A stretch of DNA of 7,988 nucleotides from Octopus sinensis (taxonomy: Eukaryota). The translations under genes and the position numbers were made by a program. The notes below the pieces were generated by a model. It was not told the origin of the DNA, did not search any database, and saw only the letters and a program-made list of their open reading frames with translations. Shown in pieces: positions 5,334-7,988 of the stretch. Positions within the stretch are counted from its first letter, which is position 1; every line of letters starts with the position of its first letter. The stretch is taken from contig NW_021828623.1 of NCBI RefSeq assembly GCF_006345805.1, forward strand, positions 1-7,988, written 5' to 3'.

Positions 5334-7988
5334 TTTTTTTCCTTTTCTTTTTTTCTGTTTTAGTTTCAGCTCAGAGCTGCGGCCATGCTTATGCACCGCC
5401 GTTTTGCTACACTGTTATTACTAAGAGCCTCCTCTAATATGTGGCACTTAGTGAAGAATGGCTACTCTCATTTGCACCTCTTGCCGTGAGGTAGGTTCAT
5501 CTGAGACTCTAGACAGGAAGAGGTCCAGCTTTGATTTAAAAACCCCTACATCTACTTTGTGCAAGTTCCTCAGACTCTTTGGGAGAATATTAAAAAGCTG
5601 TGGGCCCTTGAAACCCAGGCTGTTGCAGTAACTGGTCCTGAAGCGTGATGGCATTGCTGGGATCTTTGGTACTATGCAGTGTCGTCCCGTTCTAGCATTG
5701 GTGTAGCTTTCAATGCCAAAATTTGGCACAATTCCTTCCAGGATCTTCCAGACATATATTACTGCATACCTCTCCCGTCTTCTCTCCAGGGAGTAGAGTC
5801 TTAGCTGTTTCAACCTTTCCCAGTAGCTGAGCTGTTGCAAAGAGACGATCTTCTTTGTGAATCTTCTTCTCGATTGCTTCAAGTCCGTCCGTTGTTAATT
5901 TTACACTTGGTGGTGACATAGGAAGCTGTGAGCAGTAATCCAGGCGGCTGAGGACGTTTGTCTGCCAGAAGTTTCCTTATCTCTGGTTCTGAATGTTCTT
6001 AGAATCCATCCAGCCAGTCGTCTGCACTTTGTCGCCATCCTGGTAATGTGCACTTGGAAAGTGTTATCATCACTCATGTCGATACCCAGGTCCCTCACTG
6101 ACTTAGATTCTGGGATTTAAATTCCCTGTGGACCGGTGTACCTTGTAAGTTTCATATTCAGTTTTGGATGCTGGTAGCGCAGGGCCTGGAATTTTTCAGC
6201 ATTAAACTGCATATTATTATCTTCAGCCCATCTGTAAATAGAGTCCAACTCCTGCAACATCGCTGGAGTTCTGTATTTTCTGCGAGACTTTCGTATCATC
6301 TGCATAGCTTGCCAGAGTGGCTATCAGGGCATTTGAGGGCATAACTGAGAGGGCCACTATAAAAAGCGGTGGTCCCAAGACAGTGCCCTGTGGAACACCG
6401 CTCAGTATTTGTGTGTTCATAGAGGTGACTCTGTTAGCCATTATTGCCTGACTCCTATCTTTCCGGAAGTCATGTAACCACTCTCCAAGTTTTCCAACTA
6501 TGCCGAGGTAACGCAGTTTGTGGCATATCATACCATGATCCACTTTATCAAAAGCTTTTGTAAAATCAAGGTATATTACATCCACATTTGATTTGTTGAG
6601 TAACTGCCTCAACACCCAGTCATAATGTAAGAGCTGGGTCAGGCAGCTCCTACCTGGTCGAAAACCATGCTGGGTATCACTCAGCAAGTTATTTTCTTCA
6701 AGGAATGCAATTAGTTTCCCTCTGACTATCCGTTCCATGACTTTGCTGATGTGTGAAGTCAGAGAGATAGGCCTATAGTTTTTGGCATCTGCTCTACTCC
6801 CCCCTTTATGTATTGGACATATTATTCCCTCCTACAGCTTGCTTGGCAGTTTGCCATTCGCAAGAAAGCTCTGGAAGAGAATCTTGAGGGGTTTTGCCAG
6901 GGCATGCTTACATGATTTGAGAAGGATTGCTGGGAAACCATCAGGACCAGCAGTTGAGTTTGTGTCCACTTCATCTATGGCTAGTAGTATATCTTCTTCG
7001 GTAATGTCAATGTATTCCATTGTAACTGCCTCGCTGGTTATAGGTGAGGCGGCAAAGAAGACCACTGGTTCGTTCACTTGTCTGTGTTCCAACGGGGTTG
7101 TAAAGACACTTTTGAATTGGTCATTCAGCATCTCACTGATCATAGTTGGACTGTCTGTGAGGGAGCCATCCTTTTGGAGGAGGGGTCCTATCTTGTAGTG
7201 CACTGAGACTGTAACTTTCGCGTAATGAAAGAAGGCCTTTGGGTTTGATTTAATGTTTTTTATAACCCAGGCTTCTTTGTCTGCTTTCTCCTTCACATGG
7301 GATTGTTGCAGCCTTTTTTCGATCTCCATCAGTGTTGTTTTTAGGCGGGACGTTTCGCTGCTTTTGGGATGTTGGTTGAGTCGATTTGCAACGTTCGTCC
7401 GTCGTCTCATGAGGATCTTCCTCTCTCTTGGAATCTTGCTCCTGTTTGTTTCGGCGATGTGTTCTGGGACATATTTCTGACATATGGCTTGCACAGAAGA
7501 CATGAAACATTCTAGTTTCATGTCAATGTCTGGTATGGAGAGACATTTTGGCCAGTCCTCTCTGAGGCTCTCTTGAGGATCTCTTTTTGGATCGATTTCC
7601 AATCTGCTTTGTGGAAGATCAGATTGGAGAGATTTCGGGCGCTTCCTTTAGGCTGTATATTACTTTCGACCCAAACATAGACAGCTCTTTTATGTTGTGA
7701 TCCGAGACTAATGTCGGTGTCACTTTCACATCATGAATGATATCCATATTGTTCGTGAAGCAGGGATCCAGAATGCTATTCGCCCTAGTTGGTCTAAGAA
7801 CAGCTTGCTCCATGAATAGGGCATTGGTGAGGTTGAGCAGGGACTCCACCTGTGCTTGCTTGCAATGAGTCATTCCTGAGAGTATGAGACCTTCAGGCCA
7901 TTTGACGTTGAGGAAGTTGAAATCACCCATAAGAAATATGGTCACGTGGTGTTCCAGATTCATGAGGATTTCTTTAATCTTGTGAGGC
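5334..7988 (-). mobile_element. Non-LTR retrotransposon (LINE), CR1/L2-group, decayed; continues beyond the window end
   Basis: APE and RT motifs in the expected order on the minus strand. CR1-like C-terminal motifs SYWERLKQLRLYSLERRRERY and LFNILPKSLRN. Short 3' UTR (5447-5361) and A-rich tail (5360-5334). Confidence 0.95.
5448..7988 (-). pseudogene. ORF2 (apurinic-like endonuclease + reverse transcriptase) pseudogene with stops and frameshifts
   Basis: APE: FLMGDFN, PTRANSILDPCFTN, SDHN (7963-7619); FHKADW in another frame near 7620-7595. In-frame TAG at 6832-6834. RT: KNYRPISLTSHISKVMERIV, QHGFRPGRSC, IYLDFTKAFDKVDH, SGVPQGTVLGP, YADD (6790-6295). Frameshift near 6255, TAA at 6117-6119, then RDLG, LSRLDYCSQL, and further frameshifts near 5970 and 5880. 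Confidence 0.93.

Noticed and set aside
6182-6230. Minus-strand CTGAAGA...GAAA inside the LINE
   Set aside because: No stem II pairing; the sequence is explained by RT-region codons (WAEDNNMQFNAEKF).
6782-7510. ORFs 6782-7198(+), 7253-7480(+), 7250-7510(-)
   Set aside because: Antisense or alternative-frame shadows of LINE ORF2.

Overview
AT-rich, repeat-dense eukaryotic DNA with no supportable host gene. The host is probably an octopus/coleoid cephalopod, inferred only from my recollection of the SINE family. Contents: (i) long (AT)n-type microsatellite arrays, which produce most of the listed ORFs; (ii) a tRNA-derived SINE (1012-1402, +); (iii) a decayed CR1/L2-group LINE (5334 to window end, -) with APE and RT remnants, plus a 5'-truncated relative (~1811-1985, -), both sharing a structured 3' tail with the SINE; (iv) several foldback inverted repeats (3226-4143, 4169-4273, 4317-4644, 4996-5184); and (v) six type I hammerhead ribozyme motifs from four unrelated sequence families. 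Two hammerheads are solo (874-976 -, 2735-2824 +). Four sit as outward-facing pairs in the arms of two foldback elements. All have a minimal, mostly palindromic stem III and point toward TA-rich sequence, which resembles remnants of Penelope-like retroelement (PLE) terminal repeats. All folds were derived by eye and need computational and biochemical confirmation.
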